NCBI GenBank assembly: GCA_030141605.1
Contig: JAQGDQ010001375.1
Coordinates: 1 to 43,917, forward strand
From: Tubiluchus corallicola
Lineage: Eukaryota > Animalia > Priapulida
Reading direction: 5' to 3'
DNA length: 43,917 nucleotides
The position numbers and the translations under genes were made by a program. Under the pieces are notes generated by a model. It was not told where the DNA came from and searched no databases. It saw only the letters and a list, made by a program, of their open reading frames with translations. This document shows, piece by piece, positions 24,918-39,435 of the stretch (positions are counted from its first letter, which is position 1; each line of letters opens with the position of its first letter).

Positions 24918-25977
24918 AAAGTCGCTTTAAAAAAATATATTAGCTTATAGCAATTTGATGCATATCGTATATCGTACTCGAGTTAAATGGAATTTTTGTT
25001 TATTTTCATTTTAAATCTCTCGCAATACTGTCCTGAAGTCGCCATTACATGACGTCACCTACGCAAAACGTATATCAAGGGAAGAAAAGAAAATGTTAAA
25101 TTATGTCCCAAAAAACTTTCAATGCAAATCTGTATTACTTAGCATTTCGCTTACCTGCTTTAAAGACTTATGTAACTAGAAATAATAATTTAAAATGTTC
25201 GAGCCAATTGGTAAAATGTCGCTTGCTCACCCTACAGGGTGCGCCACTCTCTAACTAAAAACATATTTTGAGTCCTATTGACAAGATATAGTGTAACATA
25301 AAATTTTACTAAGTTAGTAACATATGTGCTACTCATGCTCTGATTATTTTTCAAACTTTACTAAGTGTTATTTAAATTTGTTTCAAACGCTTGGCTGCGT
25401 CTAATGGTTATCGCGAGAATTTAAATTTACACGTTTTGTATAGCGTTACTGCCGACGCAAGCCCTGAATGTAAAAAGGCAGTATGTAAGTGGTTAAAAAA
25501 TTTCAAGATGAATTTTTTAAGATTGATGTAAGTGGAGGGTTTTTTGTGCTTTAAACAGGAATTTCAGAAATGGTAGGTTAATCTCGAAGCTACATAAACA
25601 ATTTCACGAATCTTTTTTGTACTCGTTTTGTGAAACAACATAGTGACATTTATTCAATACAGTCGTTCAGAAACAAATGCTCTGCAAAGAAACGCTACTG
25701 CAGCCTCAACACTTCTGCTGCTCAAAAAATTTGTTTAACACATTATTTTAATATTTTAGTAATATAAAAAAAATAAAAAGCCAGGAAAAGTATTAAATTG
25801 AGTATGATTTGTACCAACTGAGTTCAAAATAAGTAACTTAGTACTCAAAGTTACTTTTAACTTACCATGGTAGTCAATTTCTATTCAAATTAATATTTTT
25901 TAATAAACTGTGTTCTGACCAAAGTATCATAGTCATAGATACATCAGTTAAATATTTCCTACAGTGACAATATTTAC

Positions 25978-26581
25978 CAGATTTATCGAAAGCATTCTTT
26001 TGTAATTCTTTTCATCCATCACTCCAGCTGTGCAGGACACAATATCAAGTCCTCCAAATATCTTTATAGCCTCTTTGAAAGCTTCTTCTAGTTGAGTATC
26101 ATCCGTGACATTGGCTTTCACAAATATGGCCCGACCACTACCAAATTTTGTAGCAAATTCATTTTCTGTCGCGCGTCCAGCTTCTACGTCAAAATCTACC
26201 ATAACCACACCCTGTAAGTATGACGCAAAACATTGTTAATATGTGTGGTAATTAGAGTTGTTGTGCCAGCATTGTTTTAAAATTTCCACCAACTGCTAAT
26301 TCAATCACGGTCACCCATCCAGATGATCCATAACAGTAGCACAAGTTTAGTTGCACTTCTACCATTAGTTATAGGATTCTAACATAATGCTGTGTTACAT
26401 AAAAGATATTTTCTATAAATAAACTTTAGTTTGTAGTCGTGCTGGTAAGTTACAGTGATTAGATCTTATGCAAGTTTAGATACTGTACCTTGATCTTTCT
26501 CTCTAGCAGTGCTTCACAGTAAGCCTTTCCGATACCAGAAGCTGCTCCTGTAATCAGCGCCACCTTTCCTTCAATCTTCAT
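25978..26581 (-). pseudogene. HPGD: Second HPGD-like copy, coding exons 1-2 only (26581-26489, 26211-25978)
   Basis: Intact reading frames and splice sites; 13 nt differences from the + copy in 327 nt (10 synonymous); downstream exons absent on this strand. Confidence 0.85.
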
Positions 26582-26992
26582 CGTGTCTTCTTCTAAGATC
26601 CACTTCTAAAAAACTAATTTTTCCTCGTGATTGTAAATAACGAAACTGCTGACAATTGTCATTAAAACCTTTGTTTTTTTCTAATATCGTCCCTTCCTGT
26701 ACCAGTCATGTAAGTACAGAAGTGGGGTTGTCACCCACAGGTACAGGAATGTGATAAAATACAAACTGCCCATTTACTACAGCTTCTTAAATTTCTGGAA
26801 ACCCTTTCCCTCCAGTCTGATCAGTTAATCCAAAAAATTCCTAAACATGACTAATATGAGCCAGTAACAGATTTGCAGAATTTGGTTGAATTCTGGTGAA
26901 AGTAGAATCAATAGGCCTTCTGAAAATAAAGTACTAATATACAACAGAATAATGCGCAGTATGTCCCTTTATCATAGTTAAGCAAAAAGCAC

Positions 26993-27079
<87 letters not shown>

Positions 27080-27947
27080 TACAGGTAACATCATACTGCT
27101 TAGTTAACGTTTAGTTTTTTATTTTATTTGTTCTTCTGTTTACACATACCTAGGTTTTCACTTTTGAAATTATATATCCGCTCCCTAGAAACACTGATAT
27201 CAAATTATATTAACCCAAAATAGTCCAAACCTTCTAGCTAGAAAAATACCAATTCCCAGAACCACAAACTTACTTAGCACTTCATTCACTATCAACTTGA
27301 TTTTGTATAAGTCATTGCATTTGTACTACTGAACAGCTAGCCTGGTGACCTTTGTGACCTGTTTGCTATTTTTATCTGCTAGAAATATATTTGGTTAGTG
27401 ATTGAATACATATTTATTGACAAGCTCGTGAAATGTCTGCCGCTATTATGTCTATGTCTTACCTTTTGAAAACCCCGTGAGTAGAAAAAAATTAACTGCT
27501 GTCTTTGCACAACATTATTCTGTCATTAAATACTGGAAAGAATTTGAGATTCCAGCCTAAAACTAAGACAGTTATTAAACTTTGAACGTAGCATTATGTT
27601 TAGCGTGAAATATCCAAGACAAATCTGGTATAGAAAGGACTCAGAAGTTGTCTTGATCACATGTCTAGCCTATCACAATTGTAGATATTCGAATCAGATT
27701 GAGAAACAAACGATCGTTTCGACAGCAACTGTCATTTTCAATGTTATAAATCAAGCCAAAAGAATTAATTAGTACAATTATGACACCACTAACCAAGGCA
27801 TAGAAAAACTTATATCATCACACAACTGTGAAATTCAAAATGTCATAATACAACTAGAAATAACTTAGAAAGAGGTTCTCATGTAAAGAAAACTGCAAAA
27901 AAAACAGTACCATGTACAGATTACAACAACCAGCAAACAATTAGTTT

Positions 27948-28502
27948 GTTGGCATCCTTCTGTCTCGGAAGACATTGGAGTGTGGGCCAAGAGAGTCACT
28001 TATTGATTACATTGATGGGGCTGCAGCGTCGACTGTGGCTGAGCAATCCGATCCTTGAACCACTGGAGTGGCATCTCCAGGGCGCATGCCTGGGCAAGGT
28101 GTATGGAGATCCTGCGTTGCCCAGACAACAGGAACCCCCTCTCTTCCTCCCTGGTGTAGTCCAAAGGAAAGCGGAGCGATACGTTTGGCACCAGGTTTCC
28201 TCCAGGAGCTGCCGGAGTCAGTGAACATGCTGCACTGGTCCGCCAACGGGGCTCCACTCCTGATTTGGAAGGTTTACTCCTCTACACATGGCCGTTGGGT
28301 CACTTGACCTCCTCCGCCCTCTAGCCGTTGGCTGCCTTGTGCAGCTCCTTCGCCTAGTGTCGAGATACAGTGTGGGCATCCCGCAAGCCTACAGCACCTG
28401 GTATTCCTAGGCGGTCGCCCATCCAAGTACTAACCAGGCTCTGCGTTGCTTAACTTCGGTGATCAGACGAGAACCGATGTTTTCAACGTTATATAGCCGT
28501 AG
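27948..28502 (-). mobile_element. Mirror copy of the 5S-headed SINE
   Basis: 5S head at 28385-28504; TSD AAACAATTAGTTT at 27935-27947 and 28503-28515. Confidence 0.9.
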
Positions 28503-28656
28503 AAACAATTAGTTTAACACCAAGCAAAGTCTACAAACTGGGAAAACAAACTACTGTAATAAGTGCCAGAAGAACATTTTACACAATTTTGCGTTTTCCA
28601 TAACTACAAGAGGGAACATTCCTAGAGGTTGGCTCTTTCATGTACAAACTGAGAGT

Positions 28657-29990
28657 CAATTTTTGCGGCATACATTGACCTTAGCAAAGCCTTTTTGATT
28701 GTATCCATAGAGATATGCTGTGGCACAAGCTCTCTGCATTGGTCTTAGTGGTAAAATGCTTAATGCCTTGAAAGAAATATATAACAATGTAAAACCCTGA
28801 GTCCAAGTAAATGGTTTCTTAACTGACTGGCTTAATGTTGGCAAGGGATTAAAACAAGGCTGCATATTGTTGCCACTGTTCTTTTCACTGTATATAATAA
28901 ATGACCTGACATTAGACCTAGAAACCATGGGAAAAATGTGTGAAAGTAAATAAAAATATGCATTTTATCATATGCAGATGATATTGTACTTGTAGCTCTA
29001 AATGAAAGAGATTTACAATCAATGCTGAATGTAGTTCACGACCGATGCAAAAACTGGAACTTGTGAATTAATGTTAATGTCGTCCACGTTCGTAGCAAAT
29101 GCGTAGTTTGATCTCTATTTGAGTTTACCAGTGATGCAAACAAATTAAAAATAGTAAATCAGTATAACTGCAGAAGTTGCTTGGGTATCACTATTACCGA
29201 ATTTTTAGATTTTAGTGTAATTGCAAATGACATTTCTTGTCACGCGAATAAAGCACTTTGCGTAATAACTGCAAAGTCTAAACCTTTTAGCATTTATACT
29301 GAGTTGTTTGACTCTACGGTTGTACTGATTCCTATGTACGGTGCTGCCATTAGGGGTTATCGTAGTTACTCCTGTATTAACCCTTTCATACCCGTTGTAT
29401 CCCGTGGGATACATGAATATTTTCTGCCTTTAAAATTAATAAAATTTTAAAACTGACAGTTATTTGATCTGTTAATAGTTATTTTGATTTAAGCCAATAA
29501 CAATAGAGAAAAAATGGCGATAAAATGGCGAACTAGAAAATCTGCATGGCATAAAAAACTGCGCAAGGTACAGTACTTTAAAGACAACTTGTACAGATCA
29601 GCACAGCATGCATGCTAAATGTCTTAAATACTTTAAAAAATTATCAGCAGTTGCAAAATGAAGCACATTTTATGCTTCCATTGAATCCCAATGTATCCCG
29701 TGGGACACAGGCTATATTTAGTACGCGGGCACAGGTAGAAAAAAACAATTATGTGTAAACAACATGGACATACTGAACAAAAGTACCAAGCCAAAAATTT
29801 TTTTCTTATTAAAAAAATAATTTGGGAATGAAAGGGTTAAAGCTGTTTATCAACGTGCTTGCCGTTTTTATACCGTGTTGGAAAATACACACCAACGCAG
29901 CTTTGGAGGGTAACTTGGGTTGGAAAGCCATGAGGCACCGTCAATGGATTTGCTTTATAAGACTGTGGTGTAGAATTTTTGTGATGAATT
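28657..29990 (+). mobile_element. Degenerate LINE reverse transcriptase fragment
   Basis: Translates to FAAYIDLSKAF, GLKQGCIL.PL.F, YADDIVL (28971-28991) and LGITI, with stops and frameshifts. Confidence 0.88.
29381..29836. mobile_element. Mirror copy of the piggyBac-type MITE
   Basis: TTAA-CCCTTTCATACCC ... GGGAATGAAAGGG-TTAA. Confidence 0.9.
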
Positions 29991-30711
29991 TTATAAACGT
30001 TTTTTCTTGCGCAGAACGTATGCAGAGAAAAGTATGAAAAACTGCAACAATCATTATGCATTTAGCAAAGACGATACTTCTGATGCAATTGACAGGCTGT
30101 TGAGGCTAAAGTCACTCAGCCAAATCAGTCTTCAAGAAATGCCATATTACGGCCAAATTCGCAGAAAAGGGTCACATGAAAACACTGTTCAGAGTTAAAA
30201 GAATGCACGCTAGACTAAAAAGTGTTCCAAAACTGTACAACAAATCCTGAAAATCTGACAGTAACTTGGAGTTGGAAACTGAAGTCTGATTCTGCGAGCG
30301 TGCTGACCAAAGATTGAACAAAAGAGCAATGTGTTGTAAATCAAGGCCGTTCTGAGCGCTTCACGTCTCTTTGTATTCAGAAATTTATTATAAAAAGTTG
30401 ACACGATGCAGCCAATAAGAATTTTAATAATTATATTTTCTGTCTATAATTTTGTGATTGTTTGAAATAATAATATAATCCCATGCATTACTTACCTATT
30501 GTCCGTAGAAAAAAACCTTGCCTAAAATCTTCTTAAGAACACCTGATACACGTGCTTAGAACGGTCGCAATGAAACTTTTGCACCTAAAGACACCTGAAC
30601 ACAGCTGGAGTTTGTACCAGGGACCAACGTGAAATACACTGCAAGGAATGCTACCCTTGATCGCTTCAGTGCTTTCTCAATTGACTTTTGTAATTTAATC
30701 TACTAATCTCT

Positions 30712-33082
30712 TATATTAATATTCTTGGTATATATATATATTTATTTATATATTTATTTATATATAAGATTCGAGGCTACAGCCCGGACGAGGGCACCAT
30801 TTGCGGCGATCTATATATCAAACGAAAGGTCTCGATCTAGTGTCGTCTCATTGGGGGTTTATTTTTCGAATTGGGCCCACCGGGAGGAACGGGGGGCGAA
30901 AAACCCCCCAAAATAGCCCTTTTTCGGGCGTTTTTTGCAAAAGTTATACGGCTGAGATGTAGAGAACGGGAACGGGCCGAGGGTGGTGCTGGGTATGGAT
31001 AGATAGCCCGTTCAGCGGTGGGTGTCATAGGCCTATTTAGAATTCGCGAGAGGGCCAGGGCGCCCCGCAACGGGCGTTTTCCCGGACCCAACTCGCGATT
31101 TTTTCCAAATTTTGACCAAACAGCATGCGGGAAAAACGTTCTAGCGGCGCCCGGTGGGACTCTGGGAAGGAGATATATGGCTCATCAGAAAGAGGAAGGA
31201 CAGGGCTACACGATGATGTGGGCTATATGTTAGGGCAGGTCCACCGAGAGGAGTATCAACGAGTTAGTTAGGAGTTCTATTTTCGGCAATTTTCGCTTAG
31301 AAAACTATTGACGCAAAGGCATTGTTGTGACGTCATCCATTGTATTCTGTCTATAATCTTATAGCTTTAATTCAGCAAAAAGCTGCTACGCTGCTACGGG
31401 CTTTGTGTTATAAATGTGGACTAGGTAGGATGTTCGCGTGTCATTCATTACACGTGGTTTTTTACGCAAAATCTTTTGCGGGGCCTTTGCTAGTAAAGAT
31501 TATTACGCGAAAACTTCTCAATTCACAATTATAGCCACTCAGGTCGTGTAATCAAGGCCAGAAGTAAGAAGATTCTTGAGTCAGGACTAGAGCCAGAGCT
31601 ACTTTGCATTTGCGCAGAACCAGGAGCTGGATGAACGCATGTTAAGCATCTGTCAGGAAACACGGTGGTCAAAATGTCAAAATTGGGTCCTCTCTAGCTC
31701 AAAAAGTGCAATACATAAGCAGGTAAAAGTGCAGTAATGTTATGAGATTTACACACCCGGGGTGGACTCATATTAATAGCAGATACCTTTTAATTTTGGA
31801 TTGAACAGTAAATACATGAACATAATTCTTCTTGTGACTTTAAGCTGGAGTTAATTTTCCATGTAGGTGGACAGTTGGGTCAGCTAGTTGTACTTTATGT
31901 ATTTGAAAGATAAGTGCTTGAACGTTTCATGAGACGGTGGCCAAAAATTAAAGTCAAATTAAACCCTCTATGAAATGAGCTTTTTAAACCTAAAATCCTG
32001 CCTTCATTACGAATATTAAATTTATTTTATTATAAACTTTTCTGTAAAACTTGTTTTTTTTTATATTTTGCCACTTCGTTGTTACTGGTATTAAATTTGA
32101 AGAACAGCCATTTTCGTTGCGCGAGACGAATGACGTAATGAGTACAGTCATGAGGTCACCAAAGATCGGTAAACAAACATCGGTAACCAAAGACGCTTTC
32201 TACGCCTGGTACGTCATTCTCGCTGACTCGCGCCAAAGACGCGAAACATGGCAATCTTTACAGCAACGTATGTGTTTGAAATTCAGTAGAAAAATGTAAG
32301 TTATTTAATTTTTAGGTTGTTTTTGTTCAATAATAACTAAGAATTCTTTAAGCCATCAAAGTAACGCGTTAACAAAAATTTATAAGCCTTTAATGTGAAA
32401 ACAGGTCATCTGGGTTAAGGCTTGTATTATCAAATTTTATAACTTGCGAGTACCAGCTGGACCGCACTCTTTCACCCGATGACAGAAGCCATTTTTAAAA
32501 CACATTATTACACCCAAAAACCAAAAACCGATCATGTATGCCACGCTCTCTGACAATTCATCTGCAAATTAGCGAGGCGAATTTTATACCAAATTCACTC
32601 TTTTTGAGTAACAGAAACAAATTTGCTTTTGAAAAACTTGTGCTAGTCTTGCAACACTTGAAAGAAACCGTAAGAAAGCCTACGTATTGCACAGCGAAAT
32701 TACATAAGAACAGACTGTACAATATCTACAACGGTAAATGTTTTATGTATACACATGCTAACCGTTACGCATCTTGAATAGTACTATAAACTTATTATAA
32801 TAATATTCAAATCCATACCCAGCACCACCCTCGGCCCGTTCCCGTTGTTCAGAAATAAGAGGTATAAGTTTTGCAAAAAACGGCCGAAAAATGGCCATTT
32901 TTGGAGGTTTTTCGCCCCCCCCCTTCCTCCCGGTGGGCCCGATTCGAAAAATAAACCATCAATGGCACGACACTAGATCCGAGACCTTTCGTTTGATGTA
33001 TAGATCGCCGCAAATGGTGCCGTCGTCCAGGCTGTAGCCTCGAATCTTATATATATATAAAATACCAAGAATATTAATATAT
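30712..33082. mobile_element. Mirror copy of the long-TIR DNA element
   Basis: TIRs at ~30712-31000 and ~32812-33082. Confidence 0.8.
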
Positions 33083-34727
33083 AGATGTCAATCCCACTTT
33101 CATAAATAAAATCCACGACAAAAGTCGAGGAAAGCAATGTACGCCTGGAGCATCAGGTAAATCTTGGTCTGTAATGAACATGTAAAAACAATGATATCCG
33201 TGTTTAAAGCAAAACTGGACCCAATGTTAAACTGTAGGTCAAAACAATCTACTCTTTACAATATTGAAAGAAAAGACTCCTTACGTAAAAGAATTATTTC
33301 CACACAAACACAATTTCGCATTCGCACCACTAGTTCTTCGTTGTTACTTCCCCGTTCGTTAGTTAGACATGCACTAGCACCTGCATTTCGGAAATGCACT
33401 ACTCAAAAATGAGTGCTGTACCTCCCGGTTCAGATGTGTTAGTTTGTGATGAACTACACACGTTCGACAGCTCATGCGTGAGCACAGCGGTAAATTTGTA
33501 ATTTGAATTTTTATCTTAAAAGTTGCTAGTTTTAGTACAACACACTGAATACAGTAGCACTGTACTTCAATTTTCGCTTTCGCAAACACGTTGAATGATT
33601 TTGATGTTGAAAATTTTGTTAATTTGTGATGTCATCAATAGTTGGGCTCGCCTGCCGTTAATTAAGATCTTAATCTATTATTTAATTATCAAAAAGGCTC
33701 TTGCAGTATTAATTGTGTTAAAATGCATACTTCTTTACCGTACTGGACAATGGGATAGTATATGAAAAATCATCCTGTTTTCCTTTAAGTTGATTTCTGA
33801 TCTGTGTATTACGTTGTGACAAGTTAGTTACGTATATTATGTATACATACAGCAATAGATTTATCCTCGAAAATCTTAATAATAGTAAAAATTTCAAACA
33901 GAGCGATTGCGTAAAACATGTTCATAATTTGCTGTTATTAAAACAAATCCACAAAACATTTAAACATGTCTCTTGTGGCATCCTCAGTTGTATATTTTCA
34001 AAATGTGCAGTTATCAGAACAAGAAGGTCATGACATGGTTGAATTCTGCACAACCTTTATATCACCACCAGTTACTTCTGCATAAAAGTTGTGCTAAGGT
34101 AATTAGTTCTGCATAATGGTTGTGACATTTCAACATTTTAAACACTCACCACTAAGGATGGCAACAAATAGGTGTTAAATATTTCTGTGACTTTAATAAA
34201 TGAATATGTTTTAGGAATCATTCTGTGCTTGACACCTTCATGTATATCAACTTGCTTCTGTATTCTAATGTCTTCCAGTTCCATATTCACTTGTAAAAAT
34301 ATGCGCGATGAATAATTTTAAAGCAAAAGATGATGGCGATTTATAAGAATATAATATCTGGTATTCCACTCAATCCAGCCGGATAGTAATTAGTGAGCAA
34401 TATAAACGACAGTGGTGCTGACAATGGCGATGATAACAATGACAGCGACGTACAGAAATTCACAAGTTTTAAATGACTCTATACACATATAGGTTTTCTT
34501 ACATATATATCTGTGTGTGGGTGTGTGTGGGTGTGTGTGTGCGTGCGTGCGTGCGTGCGTGTGTCTGTGACATCAAAAATGTACCTGATGTTCATATCCG
34601 ATTAGCATAATACATTTTGTACAGTTTATAAAATAACCTGTAAAACAGCTTATGTTGGGTTCTGATTGTTACAAAAATTATTAATCTAGATTCGCTCTCG
34701 TTTAATTATCCTTAAATGTCTAGATTT

Positions 34728-34829
34728 TCACAGTTCATCGTAAAGATTGCGTTCATAAACTCCACGATCAAGATAGAGAAAATAATCATTCCATGGAACA
34801 CCTCGTGGTGGATAGGCAACCACAATAAC
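34728..34829 (-). CDS. Peptide cassette 6': VIVVAYPPRGVPWNDYFLYLDRGVYERNLYDEL*
   Basis: Acceptor intact; lacks the premature stop of the left copy; 3' end altered by a ~110-bp deletion. Confidence 0.55.
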   Translation of the reverse strand, partial: VIVVAYPPRGVPWNDYFLYLDRGVYERNLYDEL

Positions 34830-36325
34830 CTAAAAGAAGGATAAAAAATGTAAATTTATAATATATGTTTCAAAAGTTATATTAAGTAAAGCATTACGTT
34901 TAACTGTTTGAAAAACGAATGCAGCTGCTCAAAAAATTACTTGATAATTTGAAATGTTGGTGCTAACTACTAACACGTCACTGGCTCACAGAGAAACATA
35001 TATTGTTATATATTGGATATTGTTAATTTTATTGACAGGAGCAAATTTATTAACTGAACTTGCTTTAATTTCTTACTCAACATCTGACTGTTAAAATGAC
35101 TGCGCCTAAATTGAATTTACAAGTTTAGTAAAACGTTGCTGCTAATATAAGCTCTGTGTGTAGAAAGCAACATGTGACTGATATAAAATTTCAAGACGGG
35201 CTTTTTATGCTTCATACAATAATTCTGTTTCCTTGTCCTTTAATCAATGTGTAACCCTATCCTAAAAAATGACACCAGTGACTATGGTCGTGAAGACAAT
35301 GACAATAGTAAAGAATTTTGTTTCCTTGCCCTTTAATCAAGGTGTAATGCCATTCTAAAGGATGACACTAGTGACTATGGTGGTGAAGACAATGACAGTA
35401 TTAAAAAGTTGGGAAAGTAACTATCTATACAGTGTATCTAAACCACGAATCCCTGTGTTTATTGTTTAGGTTGCTGAAACGTAATGTAATAGGCCTACAA
35501 CTAATTTCTTTTCTGTGAGTATATTGCGTAGATAATGACGCAGATAATTTAATTGCTTACATCGTGAGTACTCATTGTAAGTATACAGTCACAATTATTC
35601 ACTGTAATGACTTCCAATTCTGTATACAAAGAAAGATAACTTAAAAAATTTTGAGAATATAATTTCTGGTGTTTTTAATCAACATACAAGGTAATAGGTG
35701 ATGACGTCAGTGGCGATGGCGACAGCAATAGTGACGAAGCCGTATTGACAATGACGGTACAAAACTTATACGTTTTAAATATATTTAGATATGTAGATTA
35801 CTGAATCTGAAAGATGATAAAAACTTTTGAGAATATAATTCATGGTGTTTTGGTGTTTTGTATCAATCTGTGGCTAGGATAATTACAGTGGATGACGTCA
35901 GTGGCAGCAGTGACAGCAATGATGATGAAGACGTTGACAGTGATGATACAACAGCTTGGAGACTTCATCACAAGCCAATATTGATGATTGACGATGAATT
36001 AGAAAAAATATAAAGACAGTCCGGTTTCTTAAAGGCATATAATTATTTAAAATGTAAAAAATCAGTCACATTAATCTAAATTAAATTCACATATCCATTC
36101 TATTCATAAATCACATTTTACAAATCACGACGCATTGTAATATGTGTTTACTTGTCATTGTTTAGTTAATGTGAACAGGAAACATAATTAAGGCACCTTA
36201 ACAAAGGTGCATAGAAAAGAAAAGTTAAGGAAAATCAATAAAACAGTCTAAGGTAAATTAAAATTGACATAAAAATCATTAATATGGATTTGTTGCCTTT
36301 AATCATGCCTTTTTCTCAGGTACGT

Positions 36326-36436
36326 TTATATAATATAGTAGTATGGGTCTTCGTCAAAATCAGTTTCATAAATTCCACGATCAAAATCCGGAAAGTAGTC
36401 CGTCCACAGATAAGCGGAGTGAGCAACAAGAAAACC
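36326..36436 (-). CDS. Peptide cassette 5': GFLVAHSAYLWTDYFPDFDRGIYETDFDEDPYYYII*
   Basis: Mirror of 11318-11428; open frame. Confidence 0.65.
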   Translation of the reverse strand, partial: GFLVAHSAYLWTDYFPDFDRGIYETDFDEDPYYYII

Positions 36437-37916
36437 CTAGAAGAAGAGTCATTCGCTTTACAAATTATTTCATTAAAATGTCTGATTTTAAGCAGCTAAT
36501 CTAATAGGCGACTGTGTAATCGTGAAAACTGTCATTGAAATTTGATCAATATTCCTGGAAATTTGCCGTGCGTAAGTTATGGTGCCTCCCATATCGAGAA
36601 CCCACTTATATATTACCTTACATTGCCAATATTGTCCATCCAAGTCAACAGTTTGTCACGCGTTTTATTAAATACTATTTTAATTGTAAACAAAGTAGTA
36701 ATACTATTGTTAAGTTTGTGACACACCAAGCTCTGTTTACTGTTAAATCACCAATGCATTTTAATTTATGACATATATGTTATACGTTGAGCTGTAGTAG
36801 TTATCAGTTAGTAAATGGATATAATACTTTGGCAAGGAGATCAGTGAAAAAAGGCATATTGCGTCGTAGCCATTCTTCTACCACTTGGTCACGGGTTTTT
36901 AATCGTGTTTTTAATCAACCTACGTGATAATAGATGATACTTCAGTAGTGATGACGAAGGCAACAGTGATAAAGACAATGAAAACGATGGTACAGAAACA
37001 TATACCAATCTATATAGGTAAAGCCATTTTCTTAAATCTATATTTTATGAGGTCATAAAATATGATCTCATATTTGCAATATGAAATATTTCAAACGAAT
37101 GATGTTCATCTAAGCAGCGTTGTTGTCTGTATTTAAGGGGTTGAAACTTCTAAGAGCACATATAACTTCTTATCTGCTATTACTGTATGTATACACTGTA
37201 ACATCTTCGAATTCTGCATAAATAATTATGTAAAAGTGCAAGACGTATAAGTTATTGAAAGAGAAAGACGATGAAAATTGTGAGAATTATAATTCTTAAA
37301 GTTTTTTATTAAGCTGCGTTAATAGTGCACAACGTTAGTATTCAGCAGTGACTGCAATAATGACAAACACAATGAATATGGGGACACAACATTTTGGAGG
37401 TTTGATTACCAACCAATATTGTTGATTGATGACGAATTAGAGAAAAAGGTACGGCCATCAAACTTTCTAAAGACATACAGTTCTAATGTAAAAATCAATC
37501 ACATTCAACTAAATTAGAGCTAAACATTTACTTTATTCAGAATTCACATTTACAGGAGAACATTTATTAATTTTTTTTTGACAACGTTTGATTAATGTGT
37601 TCCCGAGAACATAATTCTTTCATCTTAATGCCCAATCAGCAAAGTTGAAAAAAATAATAAAACAATCCAAGGCGCATTAGATAGACACAACATTAGAATG
37701 TCACATTTACATGATGTCTATTGCAATTAATGTTTACTTAACCATATCTGGCTAATGTGTACTCAAAAGCATAATTAGTAATTAATTAGCACACGTTAAT
37801 ATGCATTTAGAAAACTTAGAAAAAATCAATAAAACAGTTAAGTTGCATTAAAATTGACATAAAATCGTTTATATTGATTTATTGCCATTTAATCATGCTT
37901 CTTTCAACAGACTTGC

Positions 37917-38033
37917 TTATATAATGTAGTAATAATATGGTTCTTCATAATAATCAGTTTCGTAATAAACTCGACGATCAAAATCCGGAAAGTAATCAGT
38001 AAATGGATACCCGGCTTGAGAAAGAAGGAAAAC
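37917..38033 (-). CDS. Peptide cassette 4': VFLLSQAGYPFTDYFPDFDRRVYYETDYYEEPYYYYII*
   Basis: Mirror of 8987-9103; synonymous TAT>TAC changes. Confidence 0.65.
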   Translation of the reverse strand, partial: VFLLSQAGYPFTDYFPDFDRRVYYETDYYEEPYYYYII

Positions 38034-39059
38034 CTAGAAGAAGAGTCATTAGCTACACTAATTATTTCATAATAATGTGGTGATTTTAATTAGTTAAACC
38101 TTGGTTAGCTTTAAAGCCAAAATAAACAAATCTAATGCATTATTGTATAAGGGGCTGAGCCAAGACTAAAACTTGTGGGGTGCAAGGGCTTAACTAGTCG
38201 GATGTTTGAACACATGCAAATTTGGACAAAAAATGGTTGAAAACAGACATTTTAAACACGAGCAAGAATTGATATATTAATCACTTTGAAGACACTTTCC
38301 ATCTTTTATTCTCCAGAACTGATTGGTGGATAAAATGTGATGCTCGTGTACAAGATCTCAAAGGCCATTGTCTTAGTCCCGTTCTTCTACAGAATTTCTG
38401 GTTTCCAAGTCTACCAGAAATTTATAGGTTTAAAATAAATCAATGTACGTAAAACCATTTTTTAAATCTGCATTTTATGAGGTCATAATATTATACGAAT
38501 TATGTTCAACCAAACAGCATTGTTATCTGTGTCTAGGGTGCTGAAACTTATAAAAACAAATACAGCTTCTTATCATCATCATACAGCAATTATTTCATCA
38601 TACGTGATTTAGTTACTTTTATTATATGTATATACTGCAATGTTCTTCGAATTCTGTGTGCACATGAAAGTGTGCAAAATGTATAGATTACTGAAAATGA
38701 AAGGTGACAAAAATTTCTACTGGTGTTTATTAACCTGCAAGGTAATTAGAGTGGATAATGTCACTGGATGAAGTGACAGTAGTAATGATGAACACAATAA
38801 CAATGATGATGTAACATCTTAGACATTTGTTCACCAACCAATGTTGATGAACGATGATGAATCAGGGAAAGGTAAAGCCAGTCCAACTTTCTAAAGGCAT
38901 ATATTTATAATATAAAAAAATCCTTTATATTCATCTAAATTAGACTTATACATCAATTTTATTCATAGTTCACTTTTACGCGATGCGTATTGTAATTAAT
39001 GTTTGCGTGACCATATCTGTTTAATGTGTACCCAAAAGCATAAGTAGTAATTAATTAGC

Positions 39060-39435
39060 TGTTTTGGAGATCCATTAGAATTGAATAGAAAATTGTAGAA
39101 TGTTCTATAGTATAGTAGGACAATCTTTTTACCTTGTAGAAGCAATCATAGATTCCAGAACTTTTTATAGGTGATGCGCATAGTAGTTTCTAGATTGTTC
39201 TGGTGTTGTCCATTTGCACTGATAAATAAGGCCACTCAAGTTTATTCTCATATTCTCAGATTAATCTCAGATACACGCACTCTCGCTTACATGTTTCCAG
39301 ATTAGCACTTGACTACACATATTTTGAGTTCCTTCATACTTTGTGTTGTGGAATTCTCACACAATAAACCAGTTTAATTTGACGACGTGTTTTCTTGTTT
39401 TCTCTACGAACCGTCCGAGAGAAAGAAACACAACA
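39060..39435 (+). mobile_element. Solo LTR (376 bp), right arm only
   Basis: TGTT...AACA termini; 5-bp TSD TTAGC (39055-39059, 39436-39440); internal AATAAA near 39364; empty site in the left arm near 7975. A 5-bp TSD fits BEL/Pao or Copia. Confidence 0.85.
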
